Both the position numbers and the translations under genes were made by a program. The notes below the pieces were generated by a model, which had not been told where the DNA came from, did not search any database, and saw only the letters and a list, made by a program, of their open reading frames with translations. A stretch of 64,000 nucleotides of DNA from assembly GCA_965223265.1 (NCBI GenBank), contig OZ244999.1, forward strand, positions 6,720,001 through 6,784,000, read 5' to 3'. Positions within the stretch are counted from its first letter, which is position 1. Every line of letters begins with the position of its first letter. Source of the DNA: Planctomycetota bacterium. Its GTDB lineage: Bacteria; Planctomycetota; UBA8108; SXIK01. Below are positions 31,742-41,452 of the stretch, piece by piece.

Positions 31742-32557
31742 TCAGCCGACTGGAAAACTCTTGATACGATCCTCGATCAATTGCTTCTGGTCTTCGACGG
31801 TGAGGTTCTTGCGGATTAACTCGTTCGCGATGTCAACCGCCAGTTGTGATGACAGATCCTTGAGCTCGGCGACCGCCTGGTTCTTGGTGTGCTCGATCTC
31901 ACGGCGCGAGCGCGCTGTGATCTCCTCAGCGTCGCGCCGTGCACCTTCGACGATGGAGTTCTTCAGCTTCTGAGCGTCGGAGCGTCCCTCTTCGATGATC
32001 GCCGCTGCCTCGGAGCGAGCCTTCTCGATGTCCGATTGGTGCTGCGCCATCATTGCCTCGGCATCCGCCTTCGCCTTCTCCGCGGCATCGAGCGAGTTGC
32101 GGATTTCCTCCGCTCGCTTGTCCATGGCGATGAGGATCGGCGGAATCAGCTTTTTGCTCAGGATCCAGAGCACGACCAAGAACGTTCCGATCGCCCAAAG
32201 GGTCGAGGCGGGCACGAACGGTCCATGCCCGCCGTGTCCGTTAGAACCCGCGTGGGCGTCATCGTTCGAATGTACCTGTTCGTCCTCGCTGTGCGGATGT
32301 TCGTGGTCACCGTCGCCATGCGGATGTTCGTGGTCACCGTCGCCGTGCGAATGATTGTCGCCATCGCCATGCGAATGGTCGTGATCGTCGCCATGCGAAT
32401 GATCATGATCATGGACATCGTGATCCGACTGCTGCGCCCACGCCCCGATGGCGTCAGACGACAGCCAAAACACACCCGTCCCAAGCACATAGACAATCGC
32501 CAGGGCGACGACGGACGACAATCGAATGCTGCAGCTCTTCATGCTGTACTTCTCCAC
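31742..32557 (-). CDS. atpF: ATP synthase F0 subunit b with His/Asp-rich N-terminal extension
   Basis: TM LWAIGTFLVVLWIL followed by coiled coil DKRAEEIRNSL; start 32557 or 32542. Confidence 0.93.
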   Translation of the reverse strand: MEKYSMKSCSIRLSSVVALAIVYVLGTGVFWLSSDAIGAWAQQSDHDVHDHDHSHGDDHDHSHGDGDNHSHGDGDHEHPHGDGDHEHPHSEDEQVHSNDDAHAGSNGHGGHGPFVPASTLWAIGTFLVVLWILSKKLIPPILIAMDKRAEEIRNSLDAAEKAKADAEAMMAQHQSDIEKARSEAAAIIEEGRSDAQKLKNSIVEGARRDAEEITARSRREIEHTKNQAVAELKDLSSQLAVDIANELIRKNLTVEDQKQLIEDRIKSFPVG

Positions 32558-32585
32558 GGTCGAACCTTCGGGAAGTCCTCTCCGC

Positions 32586-32873
<288 letters not shown>

Positions 32874-33071
32874 TCAAAGACTCCTAAGCTTGATGGAGAC
32901 GTGTGCTTCGTGCGGGCAGCGCTGGGGAGCAACAATTGCGATCGCGCTGGCCGCCTTGAAGCACTCTGAACTCTCTCTCTTTTTTTCGAACTCTTTCCGA
33001 AATCTGTGGAACCTGTCAGCCCGTTCACACCACACATGATGTGCAGAGCTCCGCACAGGCCGTTTTACGAT

Positions 33072-33905
33072 CTAATGTTCTGGGTGCACCGCCCCGGCGA
33101 GAAAAACCGTGGTCAAAAAGGTGAAGACAAACGCCTGAATGACGGCAACGAGCAACTCGAGAAACGTCAGGGCCACGACCGCCAACGCAGAAACCAGAGC
33201 GATCGCACCACCGCCGATCAGAAAGTCCTTCGTCATCACCAGGGTGAAGCTAAGAATGATCGCCAGCATGGTGTGGCCTGCGAGCATGTTGGCAAAAAGA
33301 CGAATCGCGAGTGCGCACGGCCGCACAATATGGGCGACCAGTTCGACCGGCACGATGACCAACATGACAGGTGCAGGCACGTGCGGAAACAAACTCTTGA
33401 AGTACGTCCAGAGCCCGCCCTGCTCGCGGATACCTTGAAAGTGATAAAACCCTAGAGCACAAAGCGCGAGCCCCGCGGTGATGTAGATGTTCCCTGTCGC
33501 AGTGTTACTACCGTGGCCAATGAGGTCAAAAAACGGGATCATCCCGAGCAGGTTGCAGAACAGAATGTAGGTGAAGAAGGTCGTCAACACGGGAACGAAC
33601 TTGTCGCCATGCTCGCCCATGAACGGCCGCGTCATCTGGTTCCGAATGAGAAGGATGAGACTCTCTACGAAGTTGCCGTAGCGCGACGGAACGCGCTGTT
33701 GGCCGGCACTGCGCGCATAGAGCCAGAAGAAAAGGATCGTCAACACGCCGGCGAGAATGAACATCATCGTCTGCTTGGTGACGCCGTACTGATAGAGGTG
33801 TCCGAGATTCGTCAGGCCGTCGAGGATCGGGCGATCGACGACGTGCCCCATCGGGTCGGCGGCGGCAAAGAAGATAGGTAGGCCCGTACTGAACGTTGAA
33901 TCCAT
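33072..33905 (-). CDS. atpB: ATP synthase F0 subunit a
   Basis: NLLGMIP, LAIRLFANMLAGH, IQAFVFTFL. Confidence 0.96.
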   Translation of the reverse strand: MDSTFSTGLPIFFAAADPMGHVVDRPILDGLTNLGHLYQYGVTKQTMMFILAGVLTILFFWLYARSAGQQRVPSRYGNFVESLILLIRNQMTRPFMGEHGDKFVPVLTTFFTYILFCNLLGMIPFFDLIGHGSNTATGNIYITAGLALCALGFYHFQGIREQGGLWTYFKSLFPHVPAPVMLVIVPVELVAHIVRPCALAIRLFANMLAGHTMLAIILSFTLVMTKDFLIGGGAIALVSALAVVALTFLELLVAVIQAFVFTFLTTVFLAGAVHPEH

Positions 33906-34378
33906 TAGACCTCCCCCTCCGCTTGCGACCCTGCCCTGCGTTGGGCTGTCGTCTGCGCCGTCGACGATGTTGCCGTCGACTTGACTGAAACCGACGGTGC
34001 TGACGTTGACGCCACCGTCGTCTGCATCGAAAGCGAACGGCTCACATCGGCGACGTCGTAAGCCCGGAAAACCAGGTAAAGCGTCAGCGAAGTGAGCGTC
34101 GACGCCGTCAGATACTGCTTCGCCAGCGCCGCGACGACCACCATGCCCAGGATGAGGAGAACGAAGCTTGAGAGCACGCTCAGCAGCACGAGCTTAACCG
34201 TCTCCGACGGGCGCTGCTGCGCCCTGCGCGTGAGCGAAGAACTGACGCCGCACACCAAAAGTGCGATGCCAATTCCCGCTGCGACGCCGATCAAGCCATC
34301 GCCCCCCATGCGCCCGAATGCTATGGCGGCGCAGATCAGGCTGACGCCGAGCAGCGACATGGTTTTCACCGAGAACAC
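33905..34378 (-). CDS. ATP synthase protein I-like 4-TM membrane protein
   Basis: Four hydrophobic segments; abuts atpB. Confidence 0.65.
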   Translation of the reverse strand: MFSVKTMSLLGVSLICAAIAFGRMGGDGLIGVAAGIGIALLVCGVSSSLTRRAQQRPSETVKLVLLSVLSSFVLLILGMVVVAALAKQYLTASTLTSLTLYLVFRAYDVADVSRSLSMQTTVASTSAPSVSVKSTATSSTAQTTAQRRAGSQAEGEV

Positions 34379-34516
34379 AGCGTTTCTCTTTTTCTCTTAG
34401 ATTCTCTAGACCCGTCTCTGATCCAACACTTCCTGAGCTCTCGAACCTTGCGGTCCTCGCGTCTCAGGGAAGTCTGTTTGAACCCGCATCAGTGCCCCGT
34501 GTGTTCGGACTCTTCG

Positions 34517-34852
34517 TCAACCGTTTGTTTCGCCGGAATTCTCTGCTGCGTCCTTTTTTGTCTCGTTCGTGCCGGCTTCGTGCGCCGGTCCGTCGCGCTG
34601 GGGTCGCTTCGCGAAACGCTTCGACGACCTCGTCGGCGGAAACAAATCCCTGTACACCGCGTAGGTGCCGCCGGCGAAGCCGACCGCAAGCCCAACAAGC
34701 ATGAAGAGCGGCAAGGTACCTAACTTGCGATCGAGCCAGTAGCCAAGGCCAGTGAAGATGCAAAAAGAGACGAGCAATTGCAACCCCAGGTGAGAGTACC
34801 TGAGGTACTTCAGCAGGTCCCGCGACGACTTGTTTCCCTTTTTCGAAGGCAT
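34517..34852 (-). CDS. AtpZ/AtpI-family protein (first gene of atp operon)
   Basis: GLGYWLDRKLGTLPLFMLVGL motif. Confidence 0.85.
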   Translation of the reverse strand: MPSKKGNKSSRDLLKYLRYSHLGLQLLVSFCIFTGLGYWLDRKLGTLPLFMLVGLAVGFAGGTYAVYRDLFPPTRSSKRFAKRPQRDGPAHEAGTNETKKDAAENSGETNG

Positions 34853-35220
34853 AGCTCGACCGCGTCAGATCGTTTTCCTCGCTCCTTGTCGCAGCCCTGC
34901 ACCAGCCCGATCACATCGGCAGCGCTTGGCATCGACGCAGCTCGAGGAAAACCGTGTGAGGCAACCTTCCTGCACCGGCGTCGCATGCAGTCTGAGAGGA
35001 GTCAAACCGATCGCGTCGACACGGCGCTGAGTGCGCTTCATGCGGACGGAATTTCCTTCGCATCGGGGTCCCGTCGTCGGGGCTTCCCTCGAAGAAAGCC
35101 GAGAATCTACAAGACGCTTCAGACCAAGTCAACAAGCTTCTCGACGCCGATTTCAGAGGGTCGAACACGGCCCTCGAAGTCCCGCTCAGCGGCCTCGTCG
35201 AGAGTGTCGAGCGCTCGCCA

Positions 35221-35802
35221 TCAGCGGCGTCGAAAGCCAGTGAAAAGCCCCAGACTCGAGAGCCCAGCGGTAGGCAGACTACCAGCGACGAAGGACTTGA
35301 ACTCAGACATTTCGTCGCCGAGGCGCCCGGTCCACTCATTGAACTGAGTTTCCATGACTTCCCACCGAACGTCGACCCAGCCGAAGTAGGACATCAGCAG
35401 AAGGATCCCGAGATTGAACCCGATGACGATGGCTGTGAGGCGAAAAAACGTCCGCAACGCCAGGCCAATGCTGAACCCCGCGAAGAAACCAAAGCCGCCG
35501 CGGAGCATTGCCGGAGACCAATCCGACGCCGGCCGCTCGTCCACTCGCGCTGTGTCGCTCGGCGGGCGCGTCCCCGATCCGGGCCCGACGAGATTGCCGC
35601 TCATCTGCGAAGGCCCGCCGGTGCCGCCGGGGCGCACGGGGTCGTCCCCACTCATGGAACTGACACCCTTGAGAAGAAAACCTCCCACCACGAGACACCC
35701 CGCGATCGTTAGAAGGACTTTTTTCCAACGCGGCAATGAGGTCACGAGCCGCGCGCGCCCCGCCCCGCCGCTCCCCTCGATGCCTGGTGTGCCGTTTTCC
35801 AT
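35221..35802 (-). CDS. FUN14-family membrane protein
   Basis: GFFAGFSIGLALR..GWVDVRW..FTGFRR pattern. Confidence 0.75.
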   Translation of the reverse strand: MENGTPGIEGSGGAGRARLVTSLPRWKKVLLTIAGCLVVGGFLLKGVSSMSGDDPVRPGGTGGPSQMSGNLVGPGSGTRPPSDTARVDERPASDWSPAMLRGGFGFFAGFSIGLALRTFFRLTAIVIGFNLGILLLMSYFGWVDVRWEVMETQFNEWTGRLGDEMSEFKSFVAGSLPTAGLSSLGLFTGFRRR

Positions 35803-35921
35803 GGCGTTATCTTATCGTGTCGTCAAAACACGAACAAGGACCACGGTTCCGGGTGCGCAGCGTGCGTTCCCCCGTAAGCGTGGACGTCGACCGGGAAGAT
35901 TCATAGTAGCAACATCGCACC

Positions 35922-36350
35922 ATGTCCGCAGCACCAGCCTCAAAGTCCGCCTCGCAGCCCCCGATGGGCCGGGCCATCCTCCTCGTCGACCACGGCAGCG
36001 TCAGAGCCGCGGCAAACGCGCTCCTCAGCGAGGTCGCGAATCTCGTTCGCGCCCGCACGCCAGAATCGCATGTGGTGGTTGCTCACATGGAACTCGCGGA
36101 GCCGACCATCGATCAGGCCTTCGATGCCTGCGTGGCTGCAGGCGCGCGCGAGATCATCGTCCATCCGTACATGCTTGCGCCCGGACGACACGCGACCGCG
36201 GACATTCCGCGCCAAGTGCAGGCGGCGGCGGCAAGGCATCCCGGCATCCGTTATGCCGTCACCGCGCCGTTGGGCCTCCATCCTCTCCTCGCCGACGTTG
36301 TCCTGGCGCGCGTCGAGGCGGCGGCGGCAGAGTTGACGCCCGGCGAGTGA
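35922..36350 (+). CDS. Sirohydrochlorin chelatase, CbiX/SirB short form
   Basis: LLVDHGS, AHMELAEP, HPYMLAPGRH, PLGLHP. Confidence 0.9.
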   Translation: MSAAPASKSASQPPMGRAILLVDHGSVRAAANALLSEVANLVRARTPESHVVVAHMELAEPTIDQAFDACVAAGAREIIVHPYMLAPGRHATADIPRQVQAAAARHPGIRYAVTAPLGLHPLLADVVLARVEAAAAELTPGE

Positions 36351-36745
36351 ATGGCTCGCGCTTGCAAGCGGTAAGGAGCGGGCACGATCGCCTGCGCACG
36401 TCAACGCGACAAAGTTTGGTGACACAGATTGTCACTCACTGACCGGCACACCCAGCAGTTTCACGACTTGCGAAGATCCGCGGCCCAGGGCACGACGGTT
36501 GCGACGCTCCCTTTGAACGACGTTTCCCCCCCGGTCGCGCCCGAGAGACACCGGCCTCTCGGGCGTTTTTTGATCGCAGGACACACGGACCCCACTGGCC
36601 ATTTGGTGCCAGCGTGGCCGCAGAGTTCACTGGGGTCTCCGGGGAGACGCTCTCCCAGGCACCTACGAAAAGTCCCGCGAGGCATAGTGAACAGGCGCAC
36701 CCCGGCATGCCGCGCGAGAGAAGAAACGGACGCCGAAACTCACTG

Positions 36746-37612
36746 TTAGCGCCCGCTTGCCGGCGGCCACTTGCCCTGCAGCAAGTAGTAGAGTCGCCAT
36801 CTCAGTTGATCCCAGGCGCGGATCATGCGATTCGCTGCCACAGACCGTTTCACTTTGCGGTAAACGAGGAACTTCTGATACTTCTCAACGAACTGAAATC
36901 CCATGCCGCGAATGGTACTGCGGATCGGATACTTGCTGCGGAGGAGATGAAAGGGGCGTTCAGAATCTTGTTTCGACGCGATGAGATCAAAGACAAGGTG
37001 GCCGCCCAGGCGCAGCGCGCCGTTGAGAGTTTGCAGCGTGGCGACCGGGTCGTGGACATGCTCGAGGACGTCGACTGCCGAAACGAGATCGTACCTTCCC
37101 GACTCGACATTGTCGCGCTTCAGATCGATCGTCCGCACCTCGAGCTGACGCCGCTTGAAGCGCCACCGGGCGAAGTCAAGGAGCACGTCAGAGACGTCGG
37201 CAACTGTCACCTCAAGCCCGAGCTGCGAGAGAAGAATCGCGTTCGTACCGATGCCGGCCCCGAAGTCGAGGTACGAACGCGCCTGGCCGCGGCGCGCGAG
37301 GGCGACCATGTGGGCATTCCACGCCGGTGCCTCGCCTTGCTGCAGTGCGTGCCACCAAAGAAGCTCGTAGAGATAGGCATCGCACTCGTTGTAAAAATCG
37401 GTCAGCTGCGCCTCCGACGCGCGCTCCTTTGCGAACCACAGCGCGCGTTGGTCGTCCACGGCCTTGAGACATCGAACGTGAACTTCTTCAGGACTGAGCC
37501 CTGTGTACTCGGCGAGCTCCTTTAGGCAGCTTTCGACCGCGTCGCTCTCACCCGGCAGCAGCATGGCCTCGAGCCAAAGACGACGATACTCAGCCGGCAA
37601 GGTCTTGGACAC
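36746..37612 (-). CDS. Class I SAM-dependent methyltransferase
   Basis: YLDFGAGIG, DVLEHVHDP, LRLGG. Confidence 0.88.
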   Translation of the reverse strand: MSKTLPAEYRRLWLEAMLLPGESDAVESCLKELAEYTGLSPEEVHVRCLKAVDDQRALWFAKERASEAQLTDFYNECDAYLYELLWWHALQQGEAPAWNAHMVALARRGQARSYLDFGAGIGTNAILLSQLGLEVTVADVSDVLLDFARWRFKRRQLEVRTIDLKRDNVESGRYDLVSAVDVLEHVHDPVATLQTLNGALRLGGHLVFDLIASKQDSERPFHLLRSKYPIRSTIRGMGFQFVEKYQKFLVYRKVKRSVAANRMIRAWDQLRWRLYYLLQGKWPPASGR

Positions 37613-37709
37613 TCAGCTCTCCCTCCTTTTCCACACCCTGAAGGTGCTCACCTTCGCAACGCTGCACTCGGCGCGTGAGACGACACGGCGAGGATACAGT
37701 GCACCGCCG

Positions 37710-39368
37710 TCAGTAGCCGAGCGCGCACCCATCCTTTCGATTGTCGGAAGCGCCAACGTATGCACCGCTTTCCGGGTCGACCAGAATTCCTTGATAGCCC
37801 CCGAACCCACCGCCGCGCCGCACGCGGTGTCCCATCGCTTCCAGTTCGGCGCGGACGGCAGCGGGGACCCCGCTTTCGACGAGCAACGTCCCTCCCGCTT
37901 CGCGCACGCGCGCCGCCTCTCCCGCCTCCTGTGGGTTCATGCCAAAATCGATCATGTTGATGAGAACCTGAGTGTGCCCCTGCGGCTGCATGTCGCCGCC
38001 CATGACCCCGAAACAGAACCAGGGTTGTCCCCCCTTCATGACCAGCGCGGGAATGATGGTGTGAAGGGGCCGCTTGGAGCCTTCGACACGGTTGAGATGC
38101 TCCGGGTCGAGTGAAAAGAGGGCGCCACGATTCTGAAGACAGATGCCCGTTCCGGGCACCACCAGACCAGCGCCGAAGCCATGGAAAATGCTATTGATGA
38201 AGCTGACGAGATTACCCTCTTCATCGGCCGCGGCGAGGTAGACGGTGTCGGAGCCGGCGTGCAGCGTCGAAACGGGGAACGAACCAGCCCGTGCGGGATC
38301 GATCCGTTCGCGCATGCGCGCGGCGTAGGGTTTCGAGATCAACGTTGAGATCGGCAGCGGGCGAATGGAGGGATCGGTGACGAACGTGGCGCGGTCGGCG
38401 AAAGCGAGCTTCTTCGCCTCGGTGATGAGGTGGATCGTCTGCGCGCTGTTGTGCCCTAAGGCTCTCAGGTCAAAGCCTTCAAGGATATTCAACATTTCGA
38501 GCGCGACGATGCCCTGCCCGTTCGGGGGCAGCTCGTAGACGTCGTAACCGCGGTAGTTCGTGCTCACCGGTTCGACCCAGTCTGACGTGTGAGCCGAGAA
38601 ATCAGCGGCGGTCAGCAGGCTTCCCCGCGATTGTAGGTACGCCGCCATCTTCTGCGCCAGTTCGCCTTCGTAGAACCCTTTGACGCCAGAGGTCGACAGA
38701 TGCCGGAAAGTCCGTGCCAGATCGGGTTGACGAAACACCTCGCCGACCCGCGGGGTACGGTAAGATTCGCCTGTCCGCAAGAGGTAGGTTGAGGCGAACT
38801 CTCGATTCTGTTGATGCCGCAGACCACCTCGCCACTGCTCTGCGATGATCTCGCTGACGGGAAAGCCAGCTTCGGCGTAGTGAATCGCGTCCTGCAGCAG
38901 CTCAGCAAACGGCAAGCGGCCGTATCGCTCGTGCAGGGCAACCCAGGCGTGAAAGGCACCGGGGACGGTGACCGAATCGGCCCCATACGTCGGGAGGCGC
39001 TCGTAGCCCTTCGCACGAAAATGCTCGACCGTCGCCGCACTCGCGCTTCTGCCGCTGCCGTTGAGGCCGACGAGTTTCTTCTCCTTGGCTGACCAGGCGA
39101 GAACGAACGCGTCGCCACCGATGCCGGTTGACATCGGCTCGACGACGTTGAGAACGGCCGCGGTCGCAATCGCGGCATCGAATGCATTGCCGCCTCGCCG
39201 CAGCACGGCGATTCCCGCCTCCGCCGCAAGTACTTGGCTCGTGCACACCATGCCGCGGCGCGCCAGCACCATGGAGCGAGTCGACTGCGTGTCGACAGGA
39301 CGGTCAAACCCTTGCGCAAAACTCATGGCGGTCGAACCAAGAATGAGGCAGACGATCAGGAGTTTCAT
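37710..39368 (-). CDS. ggt: Gamma-glutamyltransferase (secreted)
   Basis: Signal peptide MKLLIVCL; GGNAFDAAIA, DTVYL autocleavage Thr, FGVMGGDMQPQG, SDNRKDG. Confidence 0.93.
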   Translation of the reverse strand: MKLLIVCLILGSTAMSFAQGFDRPVDTQSTRSMVLARRGMVCTSQVLAAEAGIAVLRRGGNAFDAAIATAAVLNVVEPMSTGIGGDAFVLAWSAKEKKLVGLNGSGRSASAATVEHFRAKGYERLPTYGADSVTVPGAFHAWVALHERYGRLPFAELLQDAIHYAEAGFPVSEIIAEQWRGGLRHQQNREFASTYLLRTGESYRTPRVGEVFRQPDLARTFRHLSTSGVKGFYEGELAQKMAAYLQSRGSLLTAADFSAHTSDWVEPVSTNYRGYDVYELPPNGQGIVALEMLNILEGFDLRALGHNSAQTIHLITEAKKLAFADRATFVTDPSIRPLPISTLISKPYAARMRERIDPARAGSFPVSTLHAGSDTVYLAAADEEGNLVSFINSIFHGFGAGLVVPGTGICLQNRGALFSLDPEHLNRVEGSKRPLHTIIPALVMKGGQPWFCFGVMGGDMQPQGHTQVLINMIDFGMNPQEAGEAARVREAGGTLLVESGVPAAVRAELEAMGHRVRRGGGFGGYQGILVDPESGAYVGASDNRKDGCALGY

Positions 39369-39576
39369 GTTTGTTCCTTTGCCGCGCGGTCGCTGCCTGG
39401 CTCCGCGCACGCCGAGCAGTCTACCAAAGAGCAAACCAAAGAGGACGCGTGTCTTTGATCGACGCTGCGACAATCCGCTCGCCAGAGTGGGGGTGACAGC
39501 CGGCGCGAACCCCCCAGCTTTGGCGAAAGGTTCGCTAATACCTCCATAAAAAAAATCGAACTTTTCGCTCGCATCA

Positions 39577-39625
39577 CGAACAAATGTTCGCTATAGTCTT
39601 CCCAGGATTCACGAACACCTGTTCG
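39577..39625 (+). promoter_or_regulatory. Two LexA operators CGAAC-N4-GTTCG (39577-39590, 39612-39625) flanking a -10-like TATAGT (39592-39597)
   Basis: CGAACAAATGTTCG and CGAACACCTGTTCG upstream of lexA; match the Gram-positive Cheo box. Confidence 0.8.
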
Positions 39626-39875
39626 TCGCCCATAGCAAAAGGAGTGATGGCGAAATAAAGCCAAGAAAGCGGCCTCAACGTACGGGTTTCAACAGCGCGT
39701 CGCGCACAGCCTTCACTCGCGGCCTCGCAGTGAACAACGGTTTGGAGTGAGAACCGGACCCCACCGGTGGTGCTCCGGGGAAACGGTTTCGCGACGGAAC
39801 ACCTTCGCGACGGAGCACCGTCGCAGCAGATTCTCCCTTGCCGACCAAGCACTGAATCGATGATCGGAGTTCTTA

Positions 39876-40685
39876 ATGGCCCCTGAGCAGACACTCTCTT
39901 CAAAGCAGCGGACGATTCTCGACGCGATTCTCTTCTTAATCCGCAGGGGAGAGCTGCCGACGGTGCGCGAAGTCGGCGCACTCGTCGGACTGCGATCCCC
40001 CGCGACCGTCCTCAAACACCTGAGGGGTCTTGAGAAGGCAGGATTCATTTCGCTCAGTGGTAAGAGCCGCGGGATCCGTATCGCGGATCAGGAGCTTCTG
40101 GCGCAGGCGCTCACAGACGACCCACAGGGCGAAGTGCTCCAGTCGCATCTTCCGAACGCCTTACGACTGCACGCAGCGCCAGGACCGCGGCTGGTGACGT
40201 CCGGCGAGGAATCGAGCATTCCTCTGGTCGGCGCAATCGCCGCGGGCCAGCCGTTCGAGAGCTACGCCGAGGGATTCTCAAACTCCGAGTTGGCCGAAGC
40301 GTACGGCGAAAGCGGCGGCACAGCACCCAGCGGCACACCCGGCCTCGGTATCGATCCACAAGTCTTCTGCCAAAGCGGCGAAGTGATTGCACTGCGTATT
40401 GAGGGTGAGTCCATGGTGAACGCGGGCATCCTCGACGGAGACTACGCCATCATCCGACGGCAAAGTAGTGTCGAGGAGGGAGAGATCGCCGCAGTGATCA
40501 TCGACGGCGAGGGGACGCTCAAGCGCTGGACGACGCGGCGTACGTCGCGCGGCGACCGGCAGATTTCTTTGCAACCGGAGAATGATCATTTCGAGCCCAT
40601 CGAGCTGGACGCGCAAGACGGGCACAATGTTCTCGTCATCGGAAAATACGTCGGACTCGTGCGCGGCGATATTCAGCTCATGTGA
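39876..40685 (+). CDS. lexA: SOS repressor LexA
   Basis: wHTH PTVREVG..SPATVLKHL, cleavage site AAG, catalytic GESM and TLKR. Confidence 0.93.
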   Translation: MAPEQTLSSKQRTILDAILFLIRRGELPTVREVGALVGLRSPATVLKHLRGLEKAGFISLSGKSRGIRIADQELLAQALTDDPQGEVLQSHLPNALRLHAAPGPRLVTSGEESSIPLVGAIAAGQPFESYAEGFSNSELAEAYGESGGTAPSGTPGLGIDPQVFCQSGEVIALRIEGESMVNAGILDGDYAIIRRQSSVEEGEIAAVIIDGEGTLKRWTTRRTSRGDRQISLQPENDHFEPIELDAQDGHNVLVIGKYVGLVRGDIQLM

Positions 40686-40768
40686 GATGCGAGGAGGAAG
40701 GGAGTCGGCGCCGCTGGCGCAAAGAAGGGCGTCAGCCGGATGGCTGACTTGCAGAGGACGTTCATTCG

Positions 40769-41020
40769 ATGCAGGAGGAATTCATTGACGCGGCACTCAA
40801 CAAGGTTGTGGTCGAGTTCAGCGCTGGGAGGATGCGCCCCATCTTTCTCGAATGGTCAGGGAGACGCTGGCCAGTGCGGCGTGTGAACTCGATCTGGCGA
40901 CACACGTCGCCGCCGCGGCGCACAAATTTCTCGTTAACCATGGAGAGCGGCGATGTCTTCCGTGTCAGCTACGAAGAGGCGCGTGCGTCATGGAGGCTTG
41001 AGGCGGTGATGTCGTCGTAA
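40769..41020 (+). CDS. Small DUF6504-like protein downstream of lexA
   Basis: P..F.WSGRRWPVRRV..W..WRLE pattern. Confidence 0.6.
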   Translation: MQEEFIDAALNKVVVEFSAGRMRPIFLEWSGRRWPVRRVNSIWRHTSPPRRTNFSLTMESGDVFRVSYEEARASWRLEAVMSS

Positions 41021-41279
41021 CTCACGGTCTTGCGACGAGCGAGGATCAGCGGGGATGGAACGGAAGAGGTGTTTCGCCCTTGCCTTGAATCGCGCCGCAA
41101 GAAAAACCAGCAAAAAAGAACCCAAAGAACCTATCACTGCAACGGACACATGACCGCGAAACGTACGAAGCGCCGCAGGACGAAACATCACACAAGGGAC
41201 CTCATGCGACCTCACGCAAGAAACGCACCGCCGCTCCACGTCGATCCAAGCGCTTCGGAGTAACAAAAAGACACTTCTC

Positions 41280-41411
41280 TTCACTCGGCTTGACTCCTCG
41301 CCCCACAGGAGTCAAGTTCGAACAGACCACCGCGGAGAACCCAGCAGTCTTACGGCTGCCGTCCACCCACTCCGCGGTGGTCTTTCTCATCAGTCGACTC
41401 AGTCGAGTGAA
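41280..41411 (+). ncRNA. Unassigned structured RNA candidate (three-way junction, ~130 nt)
   Basis: Closing stem 41280-41290/41401-41411, perfect 10-bp stem 41289-41298/41307-41316, perfect 14-bp stem 41324-41337/41370-41383 with an inner hairpin; G-U pairs favour the + strand. Confidence 0.4.
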
Positions 41412-41452
41412 CCACGTACCGGCAACCGAAAAGCGTGTTTCGGTCGCTGCGG

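Noticed and set aside
36419-36435. GTGACA-N5-TGTCAC palindrome
   Set aside because: Lies between convergent genes with no promoter to regulate; could be chance.
41380-41450. CTGATGA and GAAA on the minus strand (hammerhead-like); CTCATC..GCAACC on plus (SAM-I-like)
   Set aside because: Hammerhead stem II and the NUH site do not form; the SAM-I P1 3' strand and a downstream gene are absent.
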